DNA from: Candidatus Eiseniibacteriota bacterium
Lineage (GTDB): Bacteria; Eisenbacteria; RBG-16-71-46
Assembly: GCA_044223005.1 (NCBI GenBank)
Contig: JBGAML010000001.1
Location: 64,001 to 128,000 of the forward strand
DNA: 64,000 bases
Reading direction: 5' to 3'
The stretch's first letter is position 1, and each line of letters starts with the position of its first letter. Below are positions 18,424 through 29,019 of the stretch, piece after piece. The notes under the pieces were generated by a model. The model was not told the DNA's origin, searched no databases, and worked only from the letters and a program-made list of their open reading frames with translations. The translations under genes were made by a program, and so were the position numbers.

Positions 18424-20901
18424 ATGTCGCACGAGACTCCCCGCGTGTTCGGCCGTTACGAAGTGATCGCGCCCATCGGGCGCGGCGCCATGGGCGAGGT
18501 GTACCGTGCCCGCGACGCGAGCCTGGGTCGTGACGTCGCGATCAAGGTCCTGCCGGGCGCCTTCAGCAGCGATCCCGAGCGCCTGCGGCGCTTCGACCAG
18601 GAGGCGCGTGCCGCCGGGTCGCTCCATCACCCCAACATCGTCGCGGTGTTCGACGTCGGGCAGCACGACGGCGCGCCCTACGTGGTCACCGAACTGCTCG
18701 AGGGCGCGACTCTGCGCCGCCGGCTCGAGGACCACGGGATCCCGCTGCGCAAGGCGCTCGATTTCGGCGCGCAGATCGCGCGCGGGCTCGCCGCCGCGCA
18801 CGCCAAGGGCATCATCCACCGCGACCTCAAGCCGGAGAACCTGTTCGTCACCGCGGACGGGCAGGTGAAGATCCTCGACTTCGGCCTCGCCAAGCTCGTC
18901 GGCGATGCGGCTCCCGGTGCGGCGGCAGATTCGCTCGCGGCGACCGCGATGACCGAGATGGGCCGCGTGCTCGGCACGGTCGGCTACATGGCGCCCGAGC
19001 AGGTGCGCGGCGAGGCCGTGGACACGCGTGCCGACCTCTTCGCACTCGGCTGCGTGCTGCACGAGATGATCACGGGCACCGCGCCCTTCCGCCGCGGCAC
19101 GTCGGTCGAGACCATGGCGGCGATCCTCGGCGAGGACATGCCGCGCCTGCCGGACGACGTGCAGGCGCAGCAGCCCGTGCTCGCGGCACTGCTGCGGCGC
19201 TGCACCGAGAAGCTCGCCGGTGAGCGCTTCGAGTCGGCGCGCGACGTCGCCTACCAGCTCGACGCGCTCGCGAGCGCGGTCGGCGCGCCCACGCAGGAAG
19301 GTGCGACGGCGCCGGATGTGCGCTACGAGCGCGTCACGTTCCGGCGCGGCGCGATCTGGTCGGCGCGGTTCACGCCGGACGGCCACTCGGTCATCTACAG
19401 CGCGAGCTGGGAGGGCAAGCCACTCGAGCTGTTCTGGGCGCACCTCGGCAACCCGGAGGCCCGCCCGCTCGGCTTCGTGAACACGGACCTGCTCGGGCTC
19501 TCGCCGTCCAACGAAATGGCGGTGCTGTTGCGCTCGGAGTTCACCACCTCGTTCGACCGGCGCGGCACGCTCGCACGCGTCCCCCCGATGGGCGGCGCGG
19601 CTCGCGAGCTGCTGCACGACGTGCACGCCGCGGAATGGACGCGCGACGGCCAGCAGATGGCGATCGTGCGCGAGAAACAGGGCATGATCCGGCTCGAGCT
19701 GCCGGCCGGAAACGTGCTCTACCAGACCGCGGGCTGGATCAGCCAGATGCGCTTCTCCCCCGACGGCCAGCTGCTCGCGATCGCCGACCACCCGTCGCGC
19801 AACAGCGACACGGGGCAGGTCTCCGTGATCGACCGCAAGGGCGAGCGGCGCGTGCTGTCGGACAAGTGGGGCACGTTGCGCGGGCTCGCGTGGTCCGCGG
19901 ACGGGCGCGAGGTGTGGTTCACGGCCGATCGCGGCGGTGCGGCCCGCGGCATGTACGCGGTCTCGCTCGACGGCGTGCTCCGGCGCGTACTGCAGCTGGC
20001 CAGCAACCTCACGTTGCACGACGTGGCCGCCGACGGCCGCGTGCTCGTCGGCCACGGCCCGGAACGCGCCGGTATCAACGCACTGCCGCTCGGCGATTCG
20101 CGCGAGCGCGACCTGTCGTGGCTCGACTGGTCGCTGCTCGAGGACATCTCGGCCGACGGCCGCACGCTGCTGCTCGACGAATCGGCCGAAGGCGGCGGCA
20201 TGGACGGTTCCATCTACCTGCGCATGATCGACGGTTCGCCGGCGATCCGGCTCGCGGACGGCATCGCGCGCTCGATGTCACCGGACGGCGAGTGGGTGCT
20301 CGGCTCGCGCAACAGCAGCGACGGGCTCGGGCACCTGCGCATGCTGCCCACCGGCGTCGGCGAACCGCGCGACCTGCCGATCGGCGACCTGTACTGCAAC
20401 AACGCCAAGTGGCTGCCGGACGGGCACTCGCTCGTCGTCTCGGGACACGAGCCCGGGCAGGGCACGCGGCTCTATGTGCTCGATTCGGTCACCGGCGAGC
20501 ACCGCGCGGTGAGTCCCGAGGGCGTGGACGCGATGGAGTACCAGGTGCTGCCGCGCGGCAACGCGGTGGTGGCGATCAACGCCGACCAGGAGCACTGGCT
20601 CTATCCGCTCGATGGCCGCGATCCCGCACCCATCACGGGTCTCGACCGCGCGGACCGGGTCGTGCTGTGGAACGAGGACGAGAACGCCGTGCTGGTGTTC
20701 GTCAACAACGAGATGCCGGCGCGCATCTACCGCCTCGATCTCGCGGCCGGCACACGCACGGTGCTCCACGAGCTCACGCCGCCCGACCCGACCGGCATCT
20801 ACCGCATCGGGCGCGTGCGCACGAGCCAGGACGGCCGTGCCTACGGCTACACCTACTACATGCAGCTCGTGGACCTGCACGTCATCAGTGGATTGAAGTA
20901 G
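18424..20901 (+). CDS. Hanks-type Ser/Thr protein kinase with a C-terminal PD40/TolB-like beta-propeller
   Basis: IGRGAMGEV, VAIK, HRDLKPEN, DFG and GTVGYMAPE, then FSPDG/WSADG repeats. Confidence 0.92.
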   Translation: MSHETPRVFGRYEVIAPIGRGAMGEVYRARDASLGRDVAIKVLPGAFSSDPERLRRFDQEARAAGSLHHPNIVAVFDVGQHDGAPYVVTELLEGATLRRRLEDHGIPLRKALDFGAQIARGLAAAHAKGIIHRDLKPENLFVTADGQVKILDFGLAKLVGDAAPGAAADSLAATAMTEMGRVLGTVGYMAPEQVRGEAVDTRADLFALGCVLHEMITGTAPFRRGTSVETMAAILGEDMPRLPDDVQAQQPVLAALLRRCTEKLAGERFESARDVAYQLDALASAVGAPTQEGATAPDVRYERVTFRRGAIWSARFTPDGHSVIYSASWEGKPLELFWAHLGNPEARPLGFVNTDLLGLSPSNEMAVLLRSEFTTSFDRRGTLARVPPMGGAARELLHDVHAAEWTRDGQQMAIVREKQGMIRLELPAGNVLYQTAGWISQMRFSPDGQLLAIADHPSRNSDTGQVSVIDRKGERRVLSDKWGTLRGLAWSADGREVWFTADRGGAARGMYAVSLDGVLRRVLQLASNLTLHDVAADGRVLVGHGPERAGINALPLGDSRERDLSWLDWSLLEDISADGRTLLLDESAEGGGMDGSIYLRMIDGSPAIRLADGIARSMSPDGEWVLGSRNSSDGLGHLRMLPTGVGEPRDLPIGDLYCNNAKWLPDGHSLVVSGHEPGQGTRLYVLDSVTGEHRAVSPEGVDAMEYQVLPRGNAVVAINADQEHWLYPLDGRDPAPITGLDRADRVVLWNEDENAVLVFVNNEMPARIYRLDLAAGTRTVLHELTPPDPTGIYRIGRVRTSQDGRAYGYTYYMQLVDLHVISGLK

Positions 20902-20963
20902 GCTCGCGACTCGTCGCCCGGGCCCCGCCGCAGGCCCCACACGCTTCGAGCGGAGGTCCACCC

Positions 20964-21590
20964 GTGCTCCACGAAAAGCTGCTCCGCGACGCGCTCACGA
21001 TGTGGACGACGATCGACCCGATCGCGACCCTGGTCGTGTTCGCGTCGCTCACCGTCGGCATGGCCGCGCCCCAGCGGCGCGCGCTCGCCCGTGATGCGAC
21101 GATCTTCTCCGCGATGATCCTGCTCGCGGCCATCGTGCTGGGCCAGGTCGTGCTGAACGCGCTCGGCATCTCGATGGTGGCTTTCCAGGTCGCCGGGGGG
21201 ATCGTGCTGTTCCTGTTCGCGCTGCAGCTCGTGTTCGGCACGGTACACACCGGCGACGCCGCCGGCGGTCCCGGGGCACACCCGGCGGTGTTCCCGCTGG
21301 CGGTCCCGTCGATCGCCTCGCCGGGCGCGATCCTCGCGGCGATCGTGCTCACCGACAACCACCTGCACGGGTTCGTCGAGCAGCTGGGGACCGCGCTCGT
21401 GACGCTCGCGGTGCTGGGGCTCAACTGGCTGCTCATGCTCGGCGCCGACCGCATCCTGCGCGTGATCGGCCAGCACGGCGCGGCGCTGGTGATCCGCGTC
21501 ATGGGCCTCGTGCTGGCGGCGCTGTCGGTCCAGTTCGTGATCGAGGCGCTCGGGATCCAGACGGCCGGCGCGGTCAAGATCGGTCACTGA
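20964..21590 (+). CDS. MarC family membrane protein
   Basis: GTG start with a GGAGG RBS. IDP, FQVAGGIVLF, AVFPLAVPSIASPG and RVMGLVLAALSVQ motifs. Confidence 0.9.
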   Translation: MLHEKLLRDALTMWTTIDPIATLVVFASLTVGMAAPQRRALARDATIFSAMILLAAIVLGQVVLNALGISMVAFQVAGGIVLFLFALQLVFGTVHTGDAAGGPGAHPAVFPLAVPSIASPGAILAAIVLTDNHLHGFVEQLGTALVTLAVLGLNWLLMLGADRILRVIGQHGAALVIRVMGLVLAALSVQFVIEALGIQTAGAVKIGH

Positions 21591-21612
21591 CCGCGCCGGC
21601 ACGCCCCGCGCG

Positions 21613-23190
21613 TCACCGCACCAGCATCAGCCGCGCGCTGCGCGTCTCGCCGGCGATCTCGAGCCGCACCAGGTAGAGCCCGCTGCGGGCGGCCGTGCCC
21701 GCGTCGCTGCGCCCGTCCCACACTCGCGCGTGCGCGCCGGCGCCGAACGGTTCGCGATCGACCAGCGTGCGCACGCGCCCGCCGTCGAGCGAATAGATCG
21801 CCACCCGCACCGGGCTCGCCGCTCCCTGCGACCACGCGACGGTCGTGCTGCCGCGGCTGGGGTTGGGACGCGGCGCCGAGAGCTGGACGCCGGAGACCAC
21901 CGGCGGTGTCACGCCGGCCGAGCCCGTGTACACGATCCGGCGCACCTCGCCCGTGCCGGCGCCGCTGGTGTACTGGCGGCAGTAGACGAGCGAACCGTCG
22001 GCGAGCTCGATCAGGTCCGAGACCGCGTCGAAGCCCGTGCCCCAGAAGTTCGGGTCGACCTGGCCGTCCACCGCGGGCGCGGTGCTCCACGAGCTGCCGC
22101 TGCCCTCGATGCGCCGCATCTGGCCGTCGTAGTAGTCGAGGAAGAAGATGTCGCCGGCGTACTCGGCCGGAAAATCGTACTGGCCCGCCGACATCCGCCG
22201 GTAGAGCGGGCCCGCGACGATCGCGTCGCCGGTGCTGTGATCGTAGTACGCGATCGGCTCGGTGAACGGCGCCGGCGGCGTGAGCGAGCACGTCGTGTAC
22301 GCCGCGGGGCCCTCGCGCAGCGGCCAGCCCATGTCCAACCCGCCGCTCGCCGCGAGGTCGAGCTCCTCCCACGCGCCCTGGCCGACGTCGGCGATCACGA
22401 GCGCACCCGTGATCGGATCGACCTGGAAGCGGAACGGATTGCGCAGGCCATCCGTCCAGACGAGCCGCGCGCTCGAATCGGCATCGTTCGCGTACGGATT
22501 CCCGGCGGCGGCGATGAGCGCGATCGGCGGCGGGCCGCCCGCCCCGGCCGGCAGCTGGCTCACGTCCAGGCGCAGGATCTTGCCGACGAGCTGGGTGATG
22601 TCCTGTGCCGGGCAGCCCGCGGCGTCGTCGCCGAGGCTCACGTAGAGCATGCCGTCGGGGGCGAAGCGAACCGTGCCGCCGTTGTGATTGGACGCGTTGT
22701 CCGGCAGCCCGACCAGCACGTCGTAACGCGTCGCGGCGTCGAACGTGAACCGGCCGTTGCCCGTGTAGGCGAGATCGCCGGTCACCGTGAAACGCGAGAT
22801 CGAGATGGTGTTCAGGTGTCCCGGACGCGCGTCGTCGCAGTGGATGTAGACGTAGGGCCGCGCCGGGAAGCCCGGGTCGACCGTGATGCCGAGCAGGCCC
22901 TGTTCGCCGCCACCGGTGTCCAGGCCCGGGACCGTCCCCACCGTGGAGACGCTGTTGCCGACGATCAGGCCCACGCGCCCGGTCACCTGCTCGACGAACA
23001 GCACGCGCCGCGCGGTGTCGATGGTCGGATCGGGCACCTCGGCGAGGCCGACGGGCAGGTCGAGCGAACTCGCCACGAGCGCGTCCGCGAATCCCGTGGG
23101 CACGGACGCGGGACCGGCGAGGAGCGGCGAGACGTGAAGCGTCGAGAGCGCGAGCAGTACGGGCAACAGCGCGATTCTGCGAAGACGCAT
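21613..23190 (-). CDS. PQQ-dependent sugar (glucose/sorbosone) dehydrogenase family protein with a C-terminal FlgD-Ig domain
   Basis: Signal peptide, GLLGITVDPGF, HNGG, GKILR and GLRNPFR. C-terminal PRPNP...WDGRSDAG...SGLYLVRL. Confidence 0.85.
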   Translation of the reverse strand: MRLRRIALLPVLLALSTLHVSPLLAGPASVPTGFADALVASSLDLPVGLAEVPDPTIDTARRVLFVEQVTGRVGLIVGNSVSTVGTVPGLDTGGGEQGLLGITVDPGFPARPYVYIHCDDARPGHLNTISISRFTVTGDLAYTGNGRFTFDAATRYDVLVGLPDNASNHNGGTVRFAPDGMLYVSLGDDAAGCPAQDITQLVGKILRLDVSQLPAGAGGPPPIALIAAAGNPYANDADSSARLVWTDGLRNPFRFQVDPITGALVIADVGQGAWEELDLAASGGLDMGWPLREGPAAYTTCSLTPPAPFTEPIAYYDHSTGDAIVAGPLYRRMSAGQYDFPAEYAGDIFFLDYYDGQMRRIEGSGSSWSTAPAVDGQVDPNFWGTGFDAVSDLIELADGSLVYCRQYTSGAGTGEVRRIVYTGSAGVTPPVVSGVQLSAPRPNPSRGSTTVAWSQGAASPVRVAIYSLDGGRVRTLVDREPFGAGAHARVWDGRSDAGTAARSGLYLVRLEIAGETRSARLMLVR

Positions 23191-23453
23191 GTCGGGGAAC
23201 CTCGCGGGGGGATGGAGGACCGTGGGTACCGGAGATGGCGGGATGATCCCCTGCGCACCGGCGTGAACCAACCGGAAAATGCGCCCGGCGCACCGAGCAC
23301 GGCCGGATCGCACGCGGCTTTGCGCCGTCGTGACCGATGCGGCCGCGTGACGCGCGCGAACGGGCCGGCTCGCCCTGCGGCGAGCCGGCCCGTCGCGTTT
23401 CGCGATTTCGCGGCGGTGCGGGCGGTCCTGGAACCGCCCGCTCGCGCCCCGGC

Positions 23454-24587
23454 CTACTCGAGCACGTGGATGTTCTTCTTCGCGCAGATGTCCTTCAGCC
23501 GCTTCGGCCACACGGTGACGCTCACCTCGCCCAGGTGCGCCTTGCGCAGCAGCAGCATGGTCGTGCGGGACTGACCGATGCCACCGCCGATCGAGAGCGG
23601 GATCTGGTCGGCGAGAATTGCCTTGTGGTACGGCAGGTCGAGGAAGTCGAGTTGCCGGCTGATCTCGAGCTGCTGGCGCAGCGTGTCCTTGGTCACCCGC
23701 ACGCCCATGGACGTCAGTTCATGGCGGCGCTTCGTCACCGGGTTCCAGACGAGGATGTCGCCGTTCAGCCCGTGCATCGGGCGGCCGTCGTCGGACACGG
23801 TCGGCGTCACCCAGTCGTCGTAGTCGGCGGCGCGCATCTCGTGCGGGTAGCCGTCCTTGAGCACCCAGCCGATGCCGATGATGAACACGGCCGCGTGCTT
23901 CTCCGACAGGACCTTCGTCTCACGCTGCTTGCGCGGCAGGTCCGGGTACATCGCCAGCAGGTCCTCGGCGTGGATGAACGTCAGCTCGTCCGGGAGGCTC
24001 GGGTACCGCGGATGCCGCAGCTTGGGGAACTCGGACTGGATGAAGACCTCCGCCCCCTTGATGACCTTCCAGATGCGCCGCACCGTGTCCTTCAGCGTCT
24101 TCAGGTTGCGCTCGTCGGCGGTGATGACCTTCTCCCAGTCCCACTGGTCCACGTACGCGCTGTGGTCGTGGTCGAGGAAGTAGTCCTTGCGCACGGCGCG
24201 CATGTCCGTGCACAGCCCTTCGCCGACGTCGCAGCCGAACTCGCGCAGGGCCATCCGCTTCCACTTGGTCGCGGCCTGCACCACCTGGGCGTCGATGCGC
24301 TTGTCGAGCCCGAGCCCGCAGGGGAACTCGATCGGCGTGCGCGAGCCGTCGCGGTCGAGGTAGTCGTTGACGCCGCTCTCCTTGCTCACGATGAGCGGCA
24401 CTTCCACCGGGAAGAGGTTCAGCTCCCGGCAGAGCCCATCCATGATGTAGCGCTTGAGGGCGTGGAGGGCGTGCTGGGTTTCCTTCGGGTCGAGCAGCGA
24501 GGAGTAATCCGAGGGCAGGATCTTCTCGACTTCCTCGTACGTGCTGATGCCCGGGCCGGCGAGGTCGGCCTGCTTGGTGGTACCCAT
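23454..24587 (-). CDS. asnA: Aspartate--ammonia ligase (asparagine synthetase A)
   Basis: HSAYVDQWDWEK, RAADYDDW, GLNGDILVWNP and IGGGIGQSR motifs. Confidence 0.93.
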   Translation of the reverse strand: MGTTKQADLAGPGISTYEEVEKILPSDYSSLLDPKETQHALHALKRYIMDGLCRELNLFPVEVPLIVSKESGVNDYLDRDGSRTPIEFPCGLGLDKRIDAQVVQAATKWKRMALREFGCDVGEGLCTDMRAVRKDYFLDHDHSAYVDQWDWEKVITADERNLKTLKDTVRRIWKVIKGAEVFIQSEFPKLRHPRYPSLPDELTFIHAEDLLAMYPDLPRKQRETKVLSEKHAAVFIIGIGWVLKDGYPHEMRAADYDDWVTPTVSDDGRPMHGLNGDILVWNPVTKRRHELTSMGVRVTKDTLRQQLEISRQLDFLDLPYHKAILADQIPLSIGGGIGQSRTTMLLLRKAHLGEVSVTVWPKRLKDICAKKNIHVLE

Positions 24588-24838
24588 GAGAACCTCCGTC
24601 GAGAGACCGGACGCGTGGCGGCCTTCGTCGAGGTGCGGGCGCGCGTGCGCCGGTACGGAGTGCGGAGGCTCGCATCAGGTGTGCCCCGCGCGAGCCCTCT
24701 CCGCGGGCATCGCGGCGATGCATGCGCCGCAAGCGATAGCGCGAAAGCGCCGCGCGCGCGCTCCGGAAGGAGCACGCGCGCGTGCGATGCCAGATTGGCG
24801 GGACGCCTGCCAGCGGCGTCGGCGTTCAGGTTGAAAAG

Positions 24839-26050
24839 CTAGACTTTCGCCTTCGCGCCGTACGCCGCGAGCGCGCCGGCGAGGATGCGCATCGCGCGCT
24901 CGAGCTTGGGCACTTCGAGCACGTACGCGAGCCGCACTTCGTCGCGTCCGAGCCCGGGCGTGGCGTAGAAGCCGTCGAGCGGCGCGACCATCACGGTCTC
25001 GCCGTCCTGCTGGTAGTCCGAGAGCAGCCAGATCGCGAACGCGTTGGCGTCGTCCACCGGCAGGCCCAGGCAGACGTAGAACGCGCCCTCGGGCTTGCGC
25101 ACGCGCACGCCCGGCATCGCGGCGAGCGCGGCGTACACGACGTCGCGGCGCTTCTGGTACTCCGCGATGACGCCCTGCGTGTACGACGCGGGAACCTGCG
25201 TCAGCGCCGCGCACGCGAACTGCTCGAGCGTCGGCGGGCAGAGCCGCGCCTGGCCGAAGCGCAGGATCGCGTCCATGAAGCCCTTGTTGCGCGAGACGAT
25301 ATTGCCGATGCGCGCGCCGCAGAGCGAGTAGCGCTTGGAGACGCTGTCCACGACGATCGCGAGATCGTCGATGTCCGGCAGGGTCAGGATCGATCGGCTC
25401 GTTTTCCCTTCGTACGTGAACTCGCGATAGACCTCGTCGGCGACCAGATAGAGACCGCGGTCGCGGCAGATCGACGCGAGCACCTGCAACTCGGCGTCCG
25501 TGTACACGGTGCCCGTCGGGTTGTTCGGCGAGCAGATGAGGATCGCGCGTGTGCGCGGCCCGATCTTCGCCTCGATCGCCGCGCGCGACGGCAGGTGGTA
25601 GCCGTCTTCGCCGCGCGTCGTGACGGGCACGCACTCCACGCCCGTCATGGCCGCGAAGCCGTTGTAATTGGTGTAGAACGGCTCGAACACGATCACCTGG
25701 TCGCCGGGATCGCAGAGCGCTCCCAGCGTAAACTGGATCGCTTCACTGCCCGCCGTGGTGACGAAGATCTGCTCCACCGCGAGGTTCGCGCCGACGCCCG
25801 CGTAGTAGGTGCGCAGCGCCTCGAGGTACTCGGGCAGGCCCTGCGACGGGCCGTAGGGCACGTACGCGGCCGGGTATTGCTTGAACCGCTCGAGGATCTG
25901 CGGCGGCGTCGGGATGTCGGGCTGGCCGATGTTGAGGCCGTGCACCTCGAGGCCGCGCTGACGCGCGGCCACGGCGTAGGGAGCGAGCCGGCGGATCGGC
26001 GACGCCGGCATGATCTCGGCGCGCTGGGAGAGTCGGGTGACGGGAGCCAT
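24839..26050 (-). CDS. Class I/II PLP-dependent aminotransferase (aspartate aminotransferase-like)
   Basis: LNIGQPD, SPNNPTG, ADEVY and SVSKRYSLCGARIG motifs. Confidence 0.9.
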   Translation of the reverse strand: MAPVTRLSQRAEIMPASPIRRLAPYAVAARQRGLEVHGLNIGQPDIPTPPQILERFKQYPAAYVPYGPSQGLPEYLEALRTYYAGVGANLAVEQIFVTTAGSEAIQFTLGALCDPGDQVIVFEPFYTNYNGFAAMTGVECVPVTTRGEDGYHLPSRAAIEAKIGPRTRAILICSPNNPTGTVYTDAELQVLASICRDRGLYLVADEVYREFTYEGKTSRSILTLPDIDDLAIVVDSVSKRYSLCGARIGNIVSRNKGFMDAILRFGQARLCPPTLEQFACAALTQVPASYTQGVIAEYQKRRDVVYAALAAMPGVRVRKPEGAFYVCLGLPVDDANAFAIWLLSDYQQDGETVMVAPLDGFYATPGLGRDEVRLAYVLEVPKLERAMRILAGALAAYGAKAKV

Positions 26051-26157
26051 GGGGATCTCGCGGGACGAACCGGTGTTCGCGCGGGCCCGGAGGCCGCACG
26101 AGGAGCGCATCGCGGCGACCAGTCTAGCGCATCCGCGTGGTGGCCGGCGCGGCGCCT

Positions 26158-27909
26158 TCAGGGCGCGCCGGGCGCCGCTCCGGCCGCCCGCAGGCGGGCG
26201 CGCAGCAGGTCGATGTACGACTGCACCGAATCCGCGGTGTCCTTCTGGCGCGGGCTGAGTCCGCCGCGGGCGCGCACCCCGTCGAGCATGCGCTGCGACG
26301 CGTCGGGATCGCCGGCGTAGAGCCAGGCGCGCGCGCCGTGCAGCCCGCGCGCGGGCGTCGGCAGGTGATTCCAGCTGCGCTCGAGCCAGCGCGCACCGTC
26401 CTCCATGCGGAGCTCTTCGACCGCGCGATCGCCGAGCAGCAGCTCGACCCCCGCCGCGGCGCGCGCACCGACGTGCGGCGTGTCGTCGAGGAGCGCCTGC
26501 ACGCGCGCGAGCCCGGCGCGCACGTCGGCGTTCACCGCCAGCCAGCCGCCCGCGACCAGCACCAGCACGGGCAGCGCGAACACCAGCGTGCCGCGCCGGC
26601 GCTCCGGTGCGGCGCTCGCGAGTACGAGCCCGGCCGCGATCGTGAGGGTGAGCCCGAGCAGTGCCGCGAGATCCCAGTCGCGCGGCAGCGCCAGGCCGCT
26701 CTCGAGGTACGGCATCGGGAACGCGCTCGGGAGCAGCACGAGCACGCCGGCGCCGAGGCACCACGCGCGCGGATCACGCGCGGCGCGCGCGGCGGCGGCG
26801 CGTCCGGCGAGCAGCGGCGCGAGCACCGCGAGCGGCGCGAGCACCACGAGCAGGTTCACGAGATCGGTCGGCACGAGCGGCAGCGTGTCCGGATCGGGCG
26901 GACGGACGAGCTCGGCGAGGTCGCTCCCGATCCGCCCGGCCGGCAGGTGCGGCAGCGCCACGTAGGCGGCGACGCCCGCGACCAGCGTCGCCCCGAGCGC
27001 GACGCGCCGCGCCCGCGGATCGTCGCCCGCGTGCGGCGGGCCGAGCACGCGTACGAGCTGCGGCAGCAGCAGCGGCATCGCGATCCGGTGCGCGAGGAAC
27101 ACGCCGACCCACGCGAGCGCGAGCAACACCGCGTCGCGCGATCGCCGCAGCGGCGCGAGCATGGCGACCCACCACCACGCCGCGGTCAACAGCAGCACGC
27201 CGGCGGACTCCACGTAACCGGCGAACGCCGCGAGGCCGCCGGTGAGTACGAGCGCCAGCCACGCCCCGGGCTCGGCGCCGGGCGGCGAGCCGAGCCGGCG
27301 CGCGATGCGCCCCATCGCCGCGAGGAAGAGCGCGAGCATCGGCGCCGCGACCAGGGCGATGCCGAGATCGCGGTGGCCCGTCACGCGCGTGCACCACGCG
27401 GGCAGCACGAGCCCGGTCGCGAGATCGAAGGGCTGCATGTGCAGCGCGCGCGCCCACTCCCCGATCGTGCGCGGGTCGGTGCGCCGGGCGAAGTTCCAGA
27501 TCGAGCCCCAGCGCGTCTCGCTGTCGCCGAGCGCGTGCAGCGTGTCCCGGAAGGGCCCGACCGCGGCGAGCACGATCGCGGCCCCGGCCAGCCACGGCGT
27601 CGCGCGCAGCGGCCGGCGAGCGAGCGGCAGGAACACGGACGCCAGCGCCAGGACGGCGAGCGCCGCCGCGATCCCGGGGCCGATCGACCGCAACGCGTTC
27701 ACGCCCCACGCCACGTTGCGGGCCGGCGGCGCCACCGCGAGCAGCAGGATCCACGCGGCGACGGCGACGATCGCGCCGCGCGCGGGCCACGCCACGGCGC
27801 CGGGCACGGCGGCCGGGCGCGACGGGTTTCGTCGAGGCTGGGAATCGCGTCGGGTCAAGGGGGTCTCCGGGACGAGCGGCGAAAAGTCTACCGGCGCACG
27901 GCGCCGCAT
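26158..27909 (-). CDS. Polytopic membrane protein of unknown function with a C-terminal TPR-like helical tail
   Basis: About 10-12 hydrophobic segments followed by a helical soluble tail. The start is uncertain. Confidence 0.6.
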   Translation of the reverse strand: MRRRAPVDFSPLVPETPLTRRDSQPRRNPSRPAAVPGAVAWPARGAIVAVAAWILLLAVAPPARNVAWGVNALRSIGPGIAAALAVLALASVFLPLARRPLRATPWLAGAAIVLAAVGPFRDTLHALGDSETRWGSIWNFARRTDPRTIGEWARALHMQPFDLATGLVLPAWCTRVTGHRDLGIALVAAPMLALFLAAMGRIARRLGSPPGAEPGAWLALVLTGGLAAFAGYVESAGVLLLTAAWWWVAMLAPLRRSRDAVLLALAWVGVFLAHRIAMPLLLPQLVRVLGPPHAGDDPRARRVALGATLVAGVAAYVALPHLPAGRIGSDLAELVRPPDPDTLPLVPTDLVNLLVVLAPLAVLAPLLAGRAAAARAARDPRAWCLGAGVLVLLPSAFPMPYLESGLALPRDWDLAALLGLTLTIAAGLVLASAAPERRRGTLVFALPVLVLVAGGWLAVNADVRAGLARVQALLDDTPHVGARAAAGVELLLGDRAVEELRMEDGARWLERSWNHLPTPARGLHGARAWLYAGDPDASQRMLDGVRARGGLSPRQKDTADSVQSYIDLLRARLRAAGAAPGAP

Positions 27910-28049
27910 GGGACGGAAATCGACGGCGCGGGCTTGGCGATCGCCACCGCCGGATGGCACGATGGCGCCGCGGTGGCCGCCGGCGCGTGCGGCCTCGCCC
28001 GTGGCCGCACGATCGGCCGCCGCGGCGACCGGTCGCGCGGAGGACGCAC

Positions 28050-29000
28050 GTGTCGCGTTGCTGGGTCGTCGAGAACGGTGCCGCCGTCGAGAAGGACGCC
28101 GCCACGGCGGTCGCCGCCGCCGCCGCCGGGGCGCTCGCGTGGATCGACCTCGACGGCATGGAGCAGGCGGCCGTCACCTCGCTGCTGGCGCCGCTCGCCG
28201 TCCATCCGCTCGTGATCGACGACATGGTCAACGAGGTCAACCGCCCCAAGGTCGACAACTACGGGGACTACCTCTACGTGGTGCTCCACTCCGCCCGCTG
28301 GGACGAGGAGCGGCCCACGCTGCGCGAGCTGGATTTCGTGATCGGCCCCACGTGGCTGGTCACGTACCACGAAGCCACGACCCGCTCGATCGAGACGGCG
28401 CACGCCACCCTCGCCCGGCGGCCGCAGTTGCTGTCGGCGGGACCCGCGGAGCTGCTGCACTTCGTGCTCGACGTCCTCGTCGATCACTACCTGCCGATCA
28501 TGGAGAAGGTGGCGGGCGAGATCGACGAGCTCGAGGACGCGGTGTTCGACTCCCGCCACGCGCCGGACCACGCGCGCATCATCCGGCTCAAGCGTGGCAT
28601 GTCCGCGCTCCGGCGGGTGGTCGGCCCGCAGCGCGACACGCTGCTCGCGCTCACGCGCGACGAGTTCAAGCCGATCCCACGCGCCATGCGCCCGTACCTG
28701 CGCGACGTCTACGACCGGCTGGCGCGCGTGCACGACCTGCTCGACTCGTACCGCGACGAGATCACCACGGTGCTCGAACTGCACGTCACCATGGTGTCGA
28801 ACCGGCTCAACCAGGTGATCAAGCGGCTGACGGTGATCGCGACGATCGGGTTGCCGCTCACCGTGGTGGCCAGCTACTTCGGGATGAACTTCGACTTCCC
28901 GGAGTACAAGCTGCCGCATCCGCACCTGTTCGCGCTCGGCGTGCTCCTCGCGAGCGGGCTCGTGACCTGGTTCGTGCTCAAGCTGCGCCGCTGGGACTGA
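28050..29000 (+). CDS. corA: CorA family Mg2+/Co2+ transporter
   Basis: GTG start with a GGAGG RBS. HPL..D..RPKVD, NQVIKRLT, the GMN signature (YFGMNF), and two C-terminal TMs. Confidence 0.92.
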   Translation: MSRCWVVENGAAVEKDAATAVAAAAAGALAWIDLDGMEQAAVTSLLAPLAVHPLVIDDMVNEVNRPKVDNYGDYLYVVLHSARWDEERPTLRELDFVIGPTWLVTYHEATTRSIETAHATLARRPQLLSAGPAELLHFVLDVLVDHYLPIMEKVAGEIDELEDAVFDSRHAPDHARIIRLKRGMSALRRVVGPQRDTLLALTRDEFKPIPRAMRPYLRDVYDRLARVHDLLDSYRDEITTVLELHVTMVSNRLNQVIKRLTVIATIGLPLTVVASYFGMNFDFPEYKLPHPHLFALGVLLASGLVTWFVLKLRRWD

Positions 29001-29019
29001 GCTCCGCGCGGCGCGCGCG

